Shown in pieces: positions 25,596-33,090 of a DNA stretch of 35,603 nucleotides. This DNA is from Candidatus Aminicenantes bacterium (GTDB taxonomy: Bacteria; Acidobacteriota; Aminicenantia; S016-38): contig JAMOUL010000219.1 of assembly GCA_027062035.1 (NCBI GenBank), positions 1 to 35,603 on the forward strand. Reading direction: 5' to 3'. Made by a program: the position numbers and the translations under genes. Below the pieces are notes generated by a model. It did no database searches, was not told the origin of the DNA, and saw only the letters and a program-made list of their open reading frames with translations. The number at the start of each line of letters is the position of its first letter. Positions within the stretch are counted from its first letter, which is position 1.

Positions 25596-26417
25596 CTATA
25601 CTATTGAAAGTTCTCCTATTATCTTTTTAAAATTTCTTTTCCATGGAATGATCTGAAGAAGTTTAAACAGAAATTCTTTTCCACCAAAAGCTATACCCAC
25701 TGTTTTATAGTTTAATATGTGTAAAACAATAGGTTCTTGATTTTCTTCTATTTTTCCTGCATTACTTTTGTCGAGTTTCCCCGCTTCTTCCAGAAGTTCT
25801 GCGTATTGTTTTAGTGTCAGGCCGTTGAAAATGTCCGCTATATTCATCAACCATTTTCCGGAAAGGGCTCGCCGTTCTGAGTATGAGGTGAATCTCCACC
25901 CGTCGATTCTTCTTGTTAACCCAGCTCTTACCGGGTTCAAATCAATGTAAGCTGCTACAGCAAGCAAAGCTTTTCCCTCTTCAATCCTTATGGATTTAAA
26001 TCTATCGCTCCACAGGTGGCCTTTTCTTCTGTGGGTTGTGTTATACCATTGGGCAAAGCGTTGTTTTAGATCTTTCATGAATGCGGAAACATCCGATAAT
26101 TTAGCTCTCCAGTAGTTTATGTCATGGGAAGAAACTATACCAGGAGGATATAGTTTCAGAGTTCGACTTAAAACTTCTTCCTCCGTGAGAAGAGAGCCTG
26201 GTCGTACTTTTACAAGTAGATGGAAATGATTGTCCATAATAGCATAGGAGATGACATCCACAAGATAAATTTGAGTCAGTCTTCTGAGGAGATGGAGAAA
26301 ATATTCCTTCTCAAAAGAGGAAAAGGGGCGATGGGCTTCCCAAACCGTGTGAGAAATTAGATGGAAAAAACTTACTTCGTCCCTGGGTTTGAGAAAATTT
26401 CGGGGGATTCGCGGCAT
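25596..26417 (-). CDS. IS200/IS605-family HUH-Y1 transposase homologue, REP-associated tyrosine transposase (RAYT)-like
   Basis: The HUH motif 'DNHFHLLV' and the catalytic Tyr region 'AAYIDLNPVRAGL' are present. Start ATG 26417 lies 4 nt after GGAGGT. The longer ORF to 26573 overlaps the upstream gene and reads through the repeats. Confidence 0.8.
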   Translation of the reverse strand: MPRIPRNFLKPRDEVSFFHLISHTVWEAHRPFSSFEKEYFLHLLRRLTQIYLVDVISYAIMDNHFHLLVKVRPGSLLTEEEVLSRTLKLYPPGIVSSHDINYWRAKLSDVSAFMKDLKQRFAQWYNTTHRRKGHLWSDRFKSIRIEEGKALLAVAAYIDLNPVRAGLTRRIDGWRFTSYSERRALSGKWLMNIADIFNGLTLKQYAELLEEAGKLDKSNAGKIEENQEPIVLHILNYKTVGIAFGGKEFLFKLLQIIPWKRNFKKIIGELSIV

Positions 26418-26430
26418 GGTTACCTCCGAG

Positions 26431-26447
26431 AGGGTCTGTCCCTGATT
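26431..26447. repeat. Right arm of the 17-bp inverted repeat (AGGGTCTGTCCCTGATT), followed by a degenerate second unit and a G5/C5 hairpin (26450-26464)
   Basis: It is the exact reverse complement of 25425-25441. GGGGGAGGTCCCCCCTGATTA follows and repeats the CCCTGATT end. Confidence 0.9.
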
Positions 26448-26467
26448 GAGGGGGAGGTCCCCCCTGA

Positions 26468-27169
26468 TTATCTGGGAAGGACCTCCAGGAGTAGTGCAGT
26501 TGAGTTGGTTGCTCCCTTGTTGTCCACTACTTCCAGAACTATAGAGTGATAACCAGATTGGGAAAATTTCCACAGGAGGGTAGCCGTGCCCAGTTTAACC
26601 CATTTTCCATCTATACGCCATTTGTAGTTCTTTATATAACCATCAGGGTCGTAGGATCCGCTGCCGTCAAATACAACATCGGCTCCTGTATGGACTGTTG
26701 CTGGAGAATAATATATAAGAGCCACAGGGAACCTGTTATCTTTCCTTTCAGGTTTCAGAATTTCAAGCTTTGCCTTTAGTTCTATGATACTTTCCGGACA
26801 ATCTACTGCCCGGGCAATTACTTCGTAGATACCCGTTTCTATTGCCTCGTAAAGTCCTTTAATGGTGAAACTCTTCTTTATAGCCTCTCTTACGTGGACC
26901 CGGGAAGGAGAAAACCAGAAGGGAATTTTACCCTGGCTGTCCCTGAGTATGATGTTGAATGTGTGTGGTAAGCCGGAAACCCTTCTTATAATGACATCGA
27001 ATTTAGCAAATTTACCCCGAGTCAAAATTACCGAGTTTGGCACTACTTCAATGGCGTAGGAATCAGTTTCAGGAAAAACCGGATCCGCTACCTTGCCAAG
27101 TCTATTTTCTCTGACACAGAATTGAAGGGTAATCGCAAAAACAAGTATGAACAATACCCTCTTTATCAT
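26468..27169 (-). CDS. Secreted PKD domain-containing protein
   Basis: It has a signal peptide 'MIKRVLFILVFAITLQFC'. The C-terminal PKD signature is 'VVFDGSGSYDPDGYIKNYKWRIDG...GYHSIVLEVVDNKGATN'. GGGAGG lies 5 nt before ATG 27169. Confidence 0.75.
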   Translation of the reverse strand: MIKRVLFILVFAITLQFCVRENRLGKVADPVFPETDSYAIEVVPNSVILTRGKFAKFDVIIRRVSGLPHTFNIILRDSQGKIPFWFSPSRVHVREAIKKSFTIKGLYEAIETGIYEVIARAVDCPESIIELKAKLEILKPERKDNRFPVALIYYSPATVHTGADVVFDGSGSYDPDGYIKNYKWRIDGKWVKLGTATLLWKFSQSGYHSIVLEVVDNKGATNSTALLLEVLPR

Positions 27170-27179
27170 GGTTGCCTCC

Positions 27180-27662
27180 CTATTCACTTATCCTTATCAC
27201 AGGTTTGTAGGTGAGTTCTTCCCTGTTTCCAAAGGTATCGCTGAAGTAATATTTGATAACTGCATATCCGATTATTGAATTAAAGTTTCCGAATCTTTTC
27301 AGGGTCTCTCTCAACTCTTCCTCTGTGAAGATCAGAGTAGAAATGTTAACCGAAGCCCCCTGTTTTATTACCACCCTTGCCGGAATTTTCTTTATGCTAA
27401 ATTGTTCATCGTTGATAAATATCGTAACTTCGTAATATTCAAGATAGGCAGTGGCAAGTTCTGATTCAAAAAGGGACGCGTCGGTGTAGTTTTCGATGGT
27501 TACGGTAACAAAGCTATCCCTTTCTACCTGAGGATTTATGGCTATAACATCGGGAGCGGATTCTATGCGCAGCATTATTGCAGCTTTTCCAAGGTTAGCC
27601 GGTCCTCTGCATCCAGAGCCAAAGAAGATTATTAATAATAAAACAGGAAATATTTTTTTCAT
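27180..27662 (-). CDS. Lipoprotein, unknown function (predicted beta-rich)
   Basis: It has a signal peptide plus lipobox, 'MKKIFPVLLLIIFFGSGC'. I recognise no family. Confidence 0.65.
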   Translation of the reverse strand: MKKIFPVLLLIIFFGSGCRGPANLGKAAIMLRIESAPDVIAINPQVERDSFVTVTIENYTDASLFESELATAYLEYYEVTIFINDEQFSIKKIPARVVIKQGASVNISTLIFTEEELRETLKRFGNFNSIIGYAVIKYYFSDTFGNREELTYKPVIRISE

Positions 27663-27674
27663 CTTTTCCTCCTT

Positions 27675-29507
27675 TTACATTAGCTGTATCTTTGGTCTTA
27701 TAAGAATGAGGAGTTCATAATTATCGCTTCTCCTGTCATTGTTTCTGAAAAGGTGTTTTATAAGAGGAATGGAGGAGAGGACTGGAACACCGTTCCTGCT
27801 CGAAGATGTTCTCTTCACCTTGAGCCCGCCAAGGATCTGAAATTCACCGTCCTTAATAACATTCACCACTTCCACGCCCTGCCTATCTATAGGTGGGAGT
27901 CCGTTTACAGGGTTGCCGAAGTCAGGGGTTGAAGACTCCACCTTGACCCGCAATTTGACTAATTTTCTTTGTATATCCACTATATAAGGAGTTACCTTCA
28001 GAATTAAGCCTGCCTGCCTGAATGAGACGTTGGCAAGCCAGTTATTTACATATGAATAAGGAATTTCCTTGGTTTGAAGGATCTGTCCTTCGGTCCCTTC
28101 TTCCAGGGTGACAGATGGTTCAGCTATTACCTTCGCCTTTCCTTTCTTTTCGAGGGCTGAGAGGGAGAGTTCCAGCGATGCAATGTTGTATGGGATGCCG
28201 ATTCTGAGGTTCTGACTGAAAACAGGTCTTTCGCTCAGAGCACGGATGGTGTCAGACGAGGACCCGTTTACAGGGGGAAGTCCGGGGGATGTTTTAATGG
28301 TGAATGGAGTTCCATTGGCACCGGCAGGAGAAACCCCTGCTGCCTTCCATCTTATTCCCAGGTTCCTGATCTCGTTTTCTGAAATTTCTATTACCTTTGC
28401 CTGTACAAGGATCTGGGAGCGTGGTCGGTCTATCTCCCTGATTATCTTTTCTGCACGGGTCACCAGTTTTTCCGGTCCCTTTATTACCATTACCCCGGAC
28501 TCTTTGATCGCGCTTATTTTTATTGTTTTACTGAATACTTCCCTTAACGTTTGTTTAATTTTGGAGATATTGGTGTTTTTTACCCGTATAACGCGTACAA
28601 TAGTCTCTCCAGCCTCAAGGGTGGATATCAAACTGCGATTTTTCTTCAGTTCTTCTATTTTCTTTATGGAACCTACAATGAGTATGTTTTCACTCTCAAC
28701 GAACATGGATAGACCTGTTTGCATCAGCACAATGTCGATAACCTTGAAAAGAGGAGTATCTTCAATAAAAAGGGTAAGTGGGCGACCCGGAAGATCTCCT
28801 ACAGGAACTATGGATAATCCTGTTTTCTGGCTGAGGAAGTCCAGAAAAGCTATTACAGGAACTCCTTTAAAAGCCACAGACACAGGCTGGATAAGTTCAT
28901 TTTTTGCCCTTTGGGAAAGGCCCATAAACCGTTCAGAAAGGGATAAAGTATTGTTATTGGGTCCTTCAGAAAGTTCTGATTTTGGTATCTTTCTGCTTCT
29001 GGTTTCTTTTATTTCTTTACGTAAAAATGCTGTTCGGATTTTTTTACCTGTTTTCTTTTTCTTCGGGAAATATGGGCGGGCACCCGGTTCCTTTTTCTTC
29101 CCCCTTTTGTATACGATGGTTAATTTTTCCTTATAATCTCTTTCCTTTTTGAGAGTTTCTATCAGTTTCGTTTCCCTTTCGGTTAAGTTTTTATTTTTTT
29201 CTTTTTTAACCGTGCTTGCATCGGATGGTTCTTTCGTTTTAAAGGTCAATACTATCTTCCATATTCCTTTTTTTACAGGAGTTGCTTCAGCCCTTTCAAA
29301 CCCTATTTCCCTGCGGTGGGAATAGATAGCCGGAATCTTTTCCGAAGGAATTTCCAGTTCAATTCCTTCCGGGGTAAAGGACAGCTTTTCGAAACCTAAA
29401 ATCCGTCGATTTTCCAGGATGTACTTTAAACCCTTCTGCGGCGTAATGGCCATAAGGATGGAGAACAGAAGGGGAAAGAGTGAACGCCTGATTGTAAGCT
29501 TATTCAT
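27675..29507 (-). CDS. pilQ: Type IV pilus secretin (PilQ-like)
   Basis: The C-terminal secretin signature is 'GVPVLSSIPLIKHLFRNN...YELLILIRPKI'. An N0/STN-like region 'FKGVPVIAFLDFLSQKTGLSIV' is present. Start ATG 29507 lies 5 nt after AGGAGG and overlaps the upstream stop (ATGA). Confidence 0.88.
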   Translation of the reverse strand: MNKLTIRRSLFPLLFSILMAITPQKGLKYILENRRILGFEKLSFTPEGIELEIPSEKIPAIYSHRREIGFERAEATPVKKGIWKIVLTFKTKEPSDASTVKKEKNKNLTERETKLIETLKKERDYKEKLTIVYKRGKKKEPGARPYFPKKKKTGKKIRTAFLRKEIKETRSRKIPKSELSEGPNNNTLSLSERFMGLSQRAKNELIQPVSVAFKGVPVIAFLDFLSQKTGLSIVPVGDLPGRPLTLFIEDTPLFKVIDIVLMQTGLSMFVESENILIVGSIKKIEELKKNRSLISTLEAGETIVRVIRVKNTNISKIKQTLREVFSKTIKISAIKESGVMVIKGPEKLVTRAEKIIREIDRPRSQILVQAKVIEISENEIRNLGIRWKAAGVSPAGANGTPFTIKTSPGLPPVNGSSSDTIRALSERPVFSQNLRIGIPYNIASLELSLSALEKKGKAKVIAEPSVTLEEGTEGQILQTKEIPYSYVNNWLANVSFRQAGLILKVTPYIVDIQRKLVKLRVKVESSTPDFGNPVNGLPPIDRQGVEVVNVIKDGEFQILGGLKVKRTSSSRNGVPVLSSIPLIKHLFRNNDRRSDNYELLILIRPKIQLM

Positions 29508-29839
29508 TTCTTCCTCCTTTTGCCGGGAATTGAAAGTTCTTTCTTCCTGCCCTTCCACAACACAATTACCTTTAAAGGTCCCTCAATTTTCAGAAGTTTC
29601 AACCCCCTTTTGCTACCCTGACCTTCCTTTAGAATGAGGTATTTCCCGCTTTCATGAAGGAAAAAAGCCATTTTTGTCCTGGATGAATAAATTACACCAG
29701 CAAGGGAATATTCCCTGTCTGTGGTTCTTAGTTCTGTTTTCCCTGTTTTTCCCCTGTTTGAGGGTACCGGCCCAAAAATGTCAGGTGCAGAAAAGAGGGA
29801 TATTGTGAGGAAAAATAAGAGGATCATCCTTTTTGCCAT
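29504..29839 (-). CDS. Small exported protein in the PilP position (PilP-like)
   Basis: It has a signal peptide 'MAKRMILLFFLTISLFSA'. 'YSLAGVIYSSRTKMAFFLHESGKYLILKEGQ' resembles the PilP beta-core. It lies between the PilO-like and secretin genes. Confidence 0.4.
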   Translation of the reverse strand: MAKRMILLFFLTISLFSAPDIFGPVPSNRGKTGKTELRTTDREYSLAGVIYSSRTKMAFFLHESGKYLILKEGQGSKRGLKLLKIEGPLKVIVLWKGRKKELSIPGKRRKK

Positions 29840-29841
29840 AT

Positions 29842-30372
29842 CTACCTCCTGATAAAGGTTCTGAATTTACCATTGATAAGCAGTCTGAATTCTCCACGTT
29901 TTTTCAACCAGATTCTGTTGAATTTGACTTCGAGGTTTACAGGCTCCAGGGCCCTTCCCATTTCTTTTATCCTTTTCAGGAAGGTGAGTACGCTTTTGAA
30001 GGTTTTAGTACCTCCTTTAACAGAGATTTCCCAGGAGAGATAAGGGTCGCCGGATGAAATTCTTCTCGACTTTGAGGAGGATATAAATATAAGTTTAACT
30101 CCGGAAATCGAGGCAAAATTGGAAAATTTCCTTACCAGAATCTCTATATCTGCTTCTGAGGGAAGAACCCTCTGGAGCTCAGGAAGTTTTGCTTCCAGAG
30201 TTTTTATCTCCTCCTCCAGCAGTTTTATCTGGGCCGCCGCACTTTTTAATGTAGCCAGCCTTTCCTGTGCTTTTTCAAGTTCTATCCTCTTTCCCTCAAT
30301 ATCCACTATTTTTATGGACAGCAACCAGATAGAAAGGCCTAAAAATAAAACAGCTGCTCCAATGTTTTTCAT
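29842..30372 (-). CDS. PilO-like pilus assembly protein
   Basis: A single N-terminal TM helix is followed by a coiled coil ('LEKAQERLATLKSAAAQIKLLEEEIKTLEAKLPELQRVLP') and an alpha/beta core. The operon position also fits PilO. Confidence 0.55.
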   Translation of the reverse strand: MKNIGAAVLFLGLSIWLLSIKIVDIEGKRIELEKAQERLATLKSAAAQIKLLEEEIKTLEAKLPELQRVLPSEADIEILVRKFSNFASISGVKLIFISSSKSRRISSGDPYLSWEISVKGGTKTFKSVLTFLKRIKEMGRALEPVNLEVKFNRIWLKKRGEFRLLINGKFRTFIRR

Positions 30373-30920
30373 TTTTTCCCCCTATCGAAGGTTCCAGCTA
30401 TAAAAAATTCCCCCCGGGAATTCCTTGTTTCCTCAATTTTTTCTCTGAAGAAACCGCTGAAATTTAATGCCTGAATAAAGCTGGAGTATACATTGGCGTC
30501 TGCGGCATATCCCTTTATGGTTATTCTGCTTTTTTCCTTTTTAACCGCTGAAATTACCAATCCATCGGGAACCAGTGTGTTCAGAGCTTCGTAAAACTCT
30601 ATCGTTCTCTTCTTGTTTTTCTGCAGAGTTTTGATTCTGGTTATCATGGAGCGTACAAGGGCTCGTTTTCTTTTTAACTCCACTAACTTCTTTTCTACGT
30701 CCTGGTATGATGCGCATTCCTCCCTGATTCTGTTAATTCTACTGGTAAGGGCGTAGTTTAGATAGAAATTTCTTAGTCCCACAAAGGTTATTGCCAGACC
30801 TATAAATAGGGTAAACAGAGTCCTTCCAGGGAAGGAACGGCTTCTCACGGACGAAACCTCGTTGTCATTTTCAAAAATCTCTTCCTCATCGAAAATTCCC
30901 ATTTCTTCAGCTCTGCTCAT
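30369..30920 (-). CDS. PilN-like pilus assembly protein
   Basis: A cytoplasmic N-terminus is followed by one TM helix ('LFTLFIGLAITFVGL'), a coiled coil and a periplasmic core. The stop overlaps the pilO-like start (ATGA). Confidence 0.55.
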   Translation of the reverse strand: MSRAEEMGIFDEEEIFENDNEVSSVRSRSFPGRTLFTLFIGLAITFVGLRNFYLNYALTSRINRIREECASYQDVEKKLVELKRKRALVRSMITRIKTLQKNKKRTIEFYEALNTLVPDGLVISAVKKEKSRITIKGYAADANVYSSFIQALNFSGFFREKIEETRNSRGEFFIAGTFDRGKK

Positions 30921-31788
30921 AGCTCCTCCTTTTGGTGGGGTTAAATTTCAGAAGATGGTTTTCGAGAACCCACAATCCGGCAAGAAGAAGCAGGTTCTGG
31001 TTGTCCTCGCCGGATTCCATTGCAGGGAATACTTCCCTGAATCTCAGGCTAAGAAGAACGTTTTTATATATATTGAAGGGAGAGAATTCATTAACTTTAA
31101 GGTCATGGTTCATGGTTACCCCGGAAAGATATAGCTCTGAGAAATCCCGGAGTTCTCTGACCTCTTCCTCCAGAGCCCGAAGCAACGAATCCTTTATAAT
31201 CGGGAGAAAAATTGGATCCCCATTTATCCATCTCCTTCTGGCCAGGGATAGGTCTATGTTTTCTACAATTGCCAGTTTGTCTATGGCGTGAAATACCCCG
31301 TAATTTTCAGTATGAATGATAAGTCTTCCGTCCCTTTCGATCATGAAAACTGTGTGGTCAAATCCCACATCTATAAGTGCAAAGTCTTGAGTTTTCCCTC
31401 TGATCCTTAGCGATTTCTTGAGGAAAAAATAAAGCACAAGAGGAGCAGGGATAATCCTCTGGATTTTTATCCCCGCTTTCTTCAGCGTTTTTCCGACGTT
31501 TAAAAGGAAAACTTCATTTGCCCCAAAAAAGAAATCTTCACCATTTATTGAAACCGGTCGCCTGGAAACCTTTATTCCTATGTTAGGGTGAGAAGTTTTT
31601 ATTCTCTTTAAAGCTCTGAGAATTATGTTAGCCTTTTTCCCTCTGTCCCTTTTTATCCTATTAATTTTCCATGATGTATGAGTCTTTAGGCCTCTATTGA
31701 GTCCCAGAAGTTTCCTTATTTTATCCGTTAAAAATGGGGGAGACTGCAGTCTCTGGATGCCGTGGGGTTCAAAGGAATAGATCAGCAT
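30907..31788 (-). CDS. Divergent PilM-like (actin/ASKHA-fold) pilus assembly protein
   Basis: 'FALIDVGFDHTVFMIERDG' resembles the PilM phosphate-2 motif. The operon position is upstream of the PilN-like gene. The canonical N-terminal 'GLDIG' motif was not seen. Confidence 0.5.
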   Translation of the reverse strand: MLIYSFEPHGIQRLQSPPFLTDKIRKLLGLNRGLKTHTSWKINRIKRDRGKKANIILRALKRIKTSHPNIGIKVSRRPVSINGEDFFFGANEVFLLNVGKTLKKAGIKIQRIIPAPLVLYFFLKKSLRIRGKTQDFALIDVGFDHTVFMIERDGRLIIHTENYGVFHAIDKLAIVENIDLSLARRRWINGDPIFLPIIKDSLLRALEEEVRELRDFSELYLSGVTMNHDLKVNEFSPFNIYKNVLLSLRFREVFPAMESGEDNQNLLLLAGLWVLENHLLKFNPTKRRSYEQS

Positions 31789-32768
31789 TATAACCTCGTT
31801 GCTATTCCCATGAGGGGAAGATATATGGAGATGAGCACCAGGAAAACAAGGGACCCAAGAACTATGGTTATAATGGGTACAACTGCATCGGATAATTTTT
31901 TAAGCCTTGAAAAAAGCTCATCCCTTGTCATTTCTGCAAGCCATGGTAGAACCTCATCCAGGCTACCCGTAGCTTCTCCGGCCTGAAGCATTGCTATTTC
32001 GTGTGGCATTAAATATGGAGCAAGGGCGTGGTGGAAACTTTCTCCGTTCATAATAGAATCCCTGACACTGGATAGATCGAAAAGATGTAAGTGTATGTTG
32101 GAGAAGGCCTGATGCAGATTAAATCCACTTGCATATGCAAAACCCAGGCTTTCGAAAAGAAGAACCTTTTCGTAGAGGAGGGAAATCCTTCTCATGAAAG
32201 GGAATAAACTTAACACATATTCCCAGTTTCTTGAAAGATACCAGCCAGATAAGAGCAGAAATATGATAATTAAGGGAAAGAAGTCCAGCAGGAATTTTCC
32301 TGCTGAGAAAACCGCCTTTGAAATTCCAGGGAGTTCTCCTCCGAAGGCTGTTACCAGCTCTGAAAACTTCGGCACCACGTACATCATTATGAAAATGAAA
32401 ATTCCAACAGCGAAGATTACTTCTATGGCCGGAAAGAAAATGCTCAGCAGAAATTCTTTCTTTGTTTTCCCCATTTTTTCAACGTGCTGATAGAGGTTTT
32501 TAAGGCCATCTTCCAGTTTTCCTGAGTCACGGGAGCTTTTCAGAAAGTGGTACTCTGCCTCCGGAATTTTTCCCCTGAGGTCCTCAAGCCAATCCCCTCT
32601 TCGTTTTATGCCGAAAAGGGGATAGACAACCTCTGCTGCCTGAACGATATTTACAACCCCGGCCTTTACATAGTAGAAGAGCATTTTGTAAAGGCGTTCT
32701 CTGTTGTTTACCTTTTTTCCCCTGCTTGAAAAGAATGAACCAGCTTTTCTTCGAAAGTGGTTTGCCAT
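31788..32768 (-). CDS. Type II secretion system F-family platform protein (PilC/GspF-like), short form (326 aa)
   Basis: There are two T2SSF-like repeats ('VVPKFSELVTAFGGELPGISK' and the C-terminal 'VPIITIVLGSLVFLVLISIYLPLMGIA'). GGAGGTG lies 2 nt before the ATG. The stop overlaps the pilM-like ATG (TAATG). Confidence 0.75.
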   Translation of the reverse strand: MANHFRRKAGSFFSSRGKKVNNRERLYKMLFYYVKAGVVNIVQAAEVVYPLFGIKRRGDWLEDLRGKIPEAEYHFLKSSRDSGKLEDGLKNLYQHVEKMGKTKKEFLLSIFFPAIEVIFAVGIFIFIMMYVVPKFSELVTAFGGELPGISKAVFSAGKFLLDFFPLIIIFLLLSGWYLSRNWEYVLSLFPFMRRISLLYEKVLLFESLGFAYASGFNLHQAFSNIHLHLFDLSSVRDSIMNGESFHHALAPYLMPHEIAMLQAGEATGSLDEVLPWLAEMTRDELFSRLKKLSDAVVPIITIVLGSLVFLVLISIYLPLMGIATRL

Positions 32769-32917
32769 TTCACCTCCTTTACAGAAAGTGGATGGTTATC
32801 CTTTTCAGGAAGAAAAAGGTGGGGCAATGTTATATGTGTTCTTTGAGGGTCGGTATCAATGAGCGGTGCAACCAAATAGATTAAGAATTTCTTAGTTGTA
32901 CCTTTCATTATTAAATA

Positions 32918-32945
32918 ATTTTATAAAAATTTTTGTGTTTGTCAA
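32918..32945 (-). promoter_or_regulatory. Near-consensus sigma70 promoter for the pilus-like operon
   Basis: On the minus strand: TTGACA (32940-32945), then a 16-nt spacer, then TAAAAT (32918-32923), in an AT-rich 320-bp intergenic region about 150 nt upstream of ATG 32768. Confidence 0.55.
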
Positions 32946-33090
32946 TAAGAAAAATAAAAATAATTAAACTAATTCGAATAATTTACACAAATTAAATAGA
33001 AGGGAGGAGATATAATTTCGAGAATTTTAACAAAAACTTATTGGAAATTTCCATAAAGCAGGGAAATTTTTCGGGGAGAAAATAAGGTCT

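Larger units (their letters stand above)
25425..26447 (-). mobile_element. RAYT/IS200-like Y1 transposase gene bracketed by inverted REP-like repeats (a 1,023-bp unit)
   Basis: 17-bp perfect inverted repeats at both ends enclose a single HUH-Y1 transposase homologue. More copies of the same core occur elsewhere in the window. Confidence 0.5.

Noticed and set aside
26418-26573. A 52-codon N-terminal extension of the RAYT-like ORF (the track start is 26573).
   Set aside because: The extension overlaps the 3' end of the PKD gene and reads through the repeat units and the G5/C5 hairpin. The internal ATG at 26417 has a GGAGGT SD at the standard 4-nt spacing, and the conserved domain begins right after it.
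28246-29136. A 296-aa + strand ORF antisense to the secretin. Similar long antisense ORFs occur at 5701-6345, 6993-7607, 7881-8489, 17519-18112, 1724-2167, 20941-21354 and 34321-34842.
   Set aside because: Each lies wholly inside a well-supported gene on the opposite strand. They have low-complexity S/F/L/P-rich translations, no SD and no recognisable motifs. They are shadow ORFs produced by the purine-rich (K/E/R/G) codon usage of the sense strand.
32708-32908. A 66-aa minus-strand ORF starting about 3 nt after the predicted TSS of the pilus-operon promoter and overlapping the pilC-like start by 61 nt. It could be a leaderless small protein or uORF.
   Set aside because: It has no pilin-like or other recognisable motif and an unremarkable composition, and it overlaps a gene with a strong SD. 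It cannot be supported from sequence alone. The region may simply be a 140-nt 5' UTR. It is worth a look only if ribosome profiling is available.
33003-33030. A + strand GGGAGGAG Shine-Dalgarno-like sequence in the 320-bp AT-rich intergenic region, hinting at a missed small gene.
   Set aside because: No ATG/GTG/TTG follows within 15 nt, and the frames hit stops immediately (ATATAA).
33041-33075. Palindrome TGGAAATTTCCA and an AAATTTCC/GGAAATTT pairing as a terminator for the pgi/SelB-like operon.
   Set aside because: The stems are only AT-rich and weak. The following U-run on the minus strand is interrupted (CCAATAAGTTTTTG). It is plausible but not strong enough to call as a feature.
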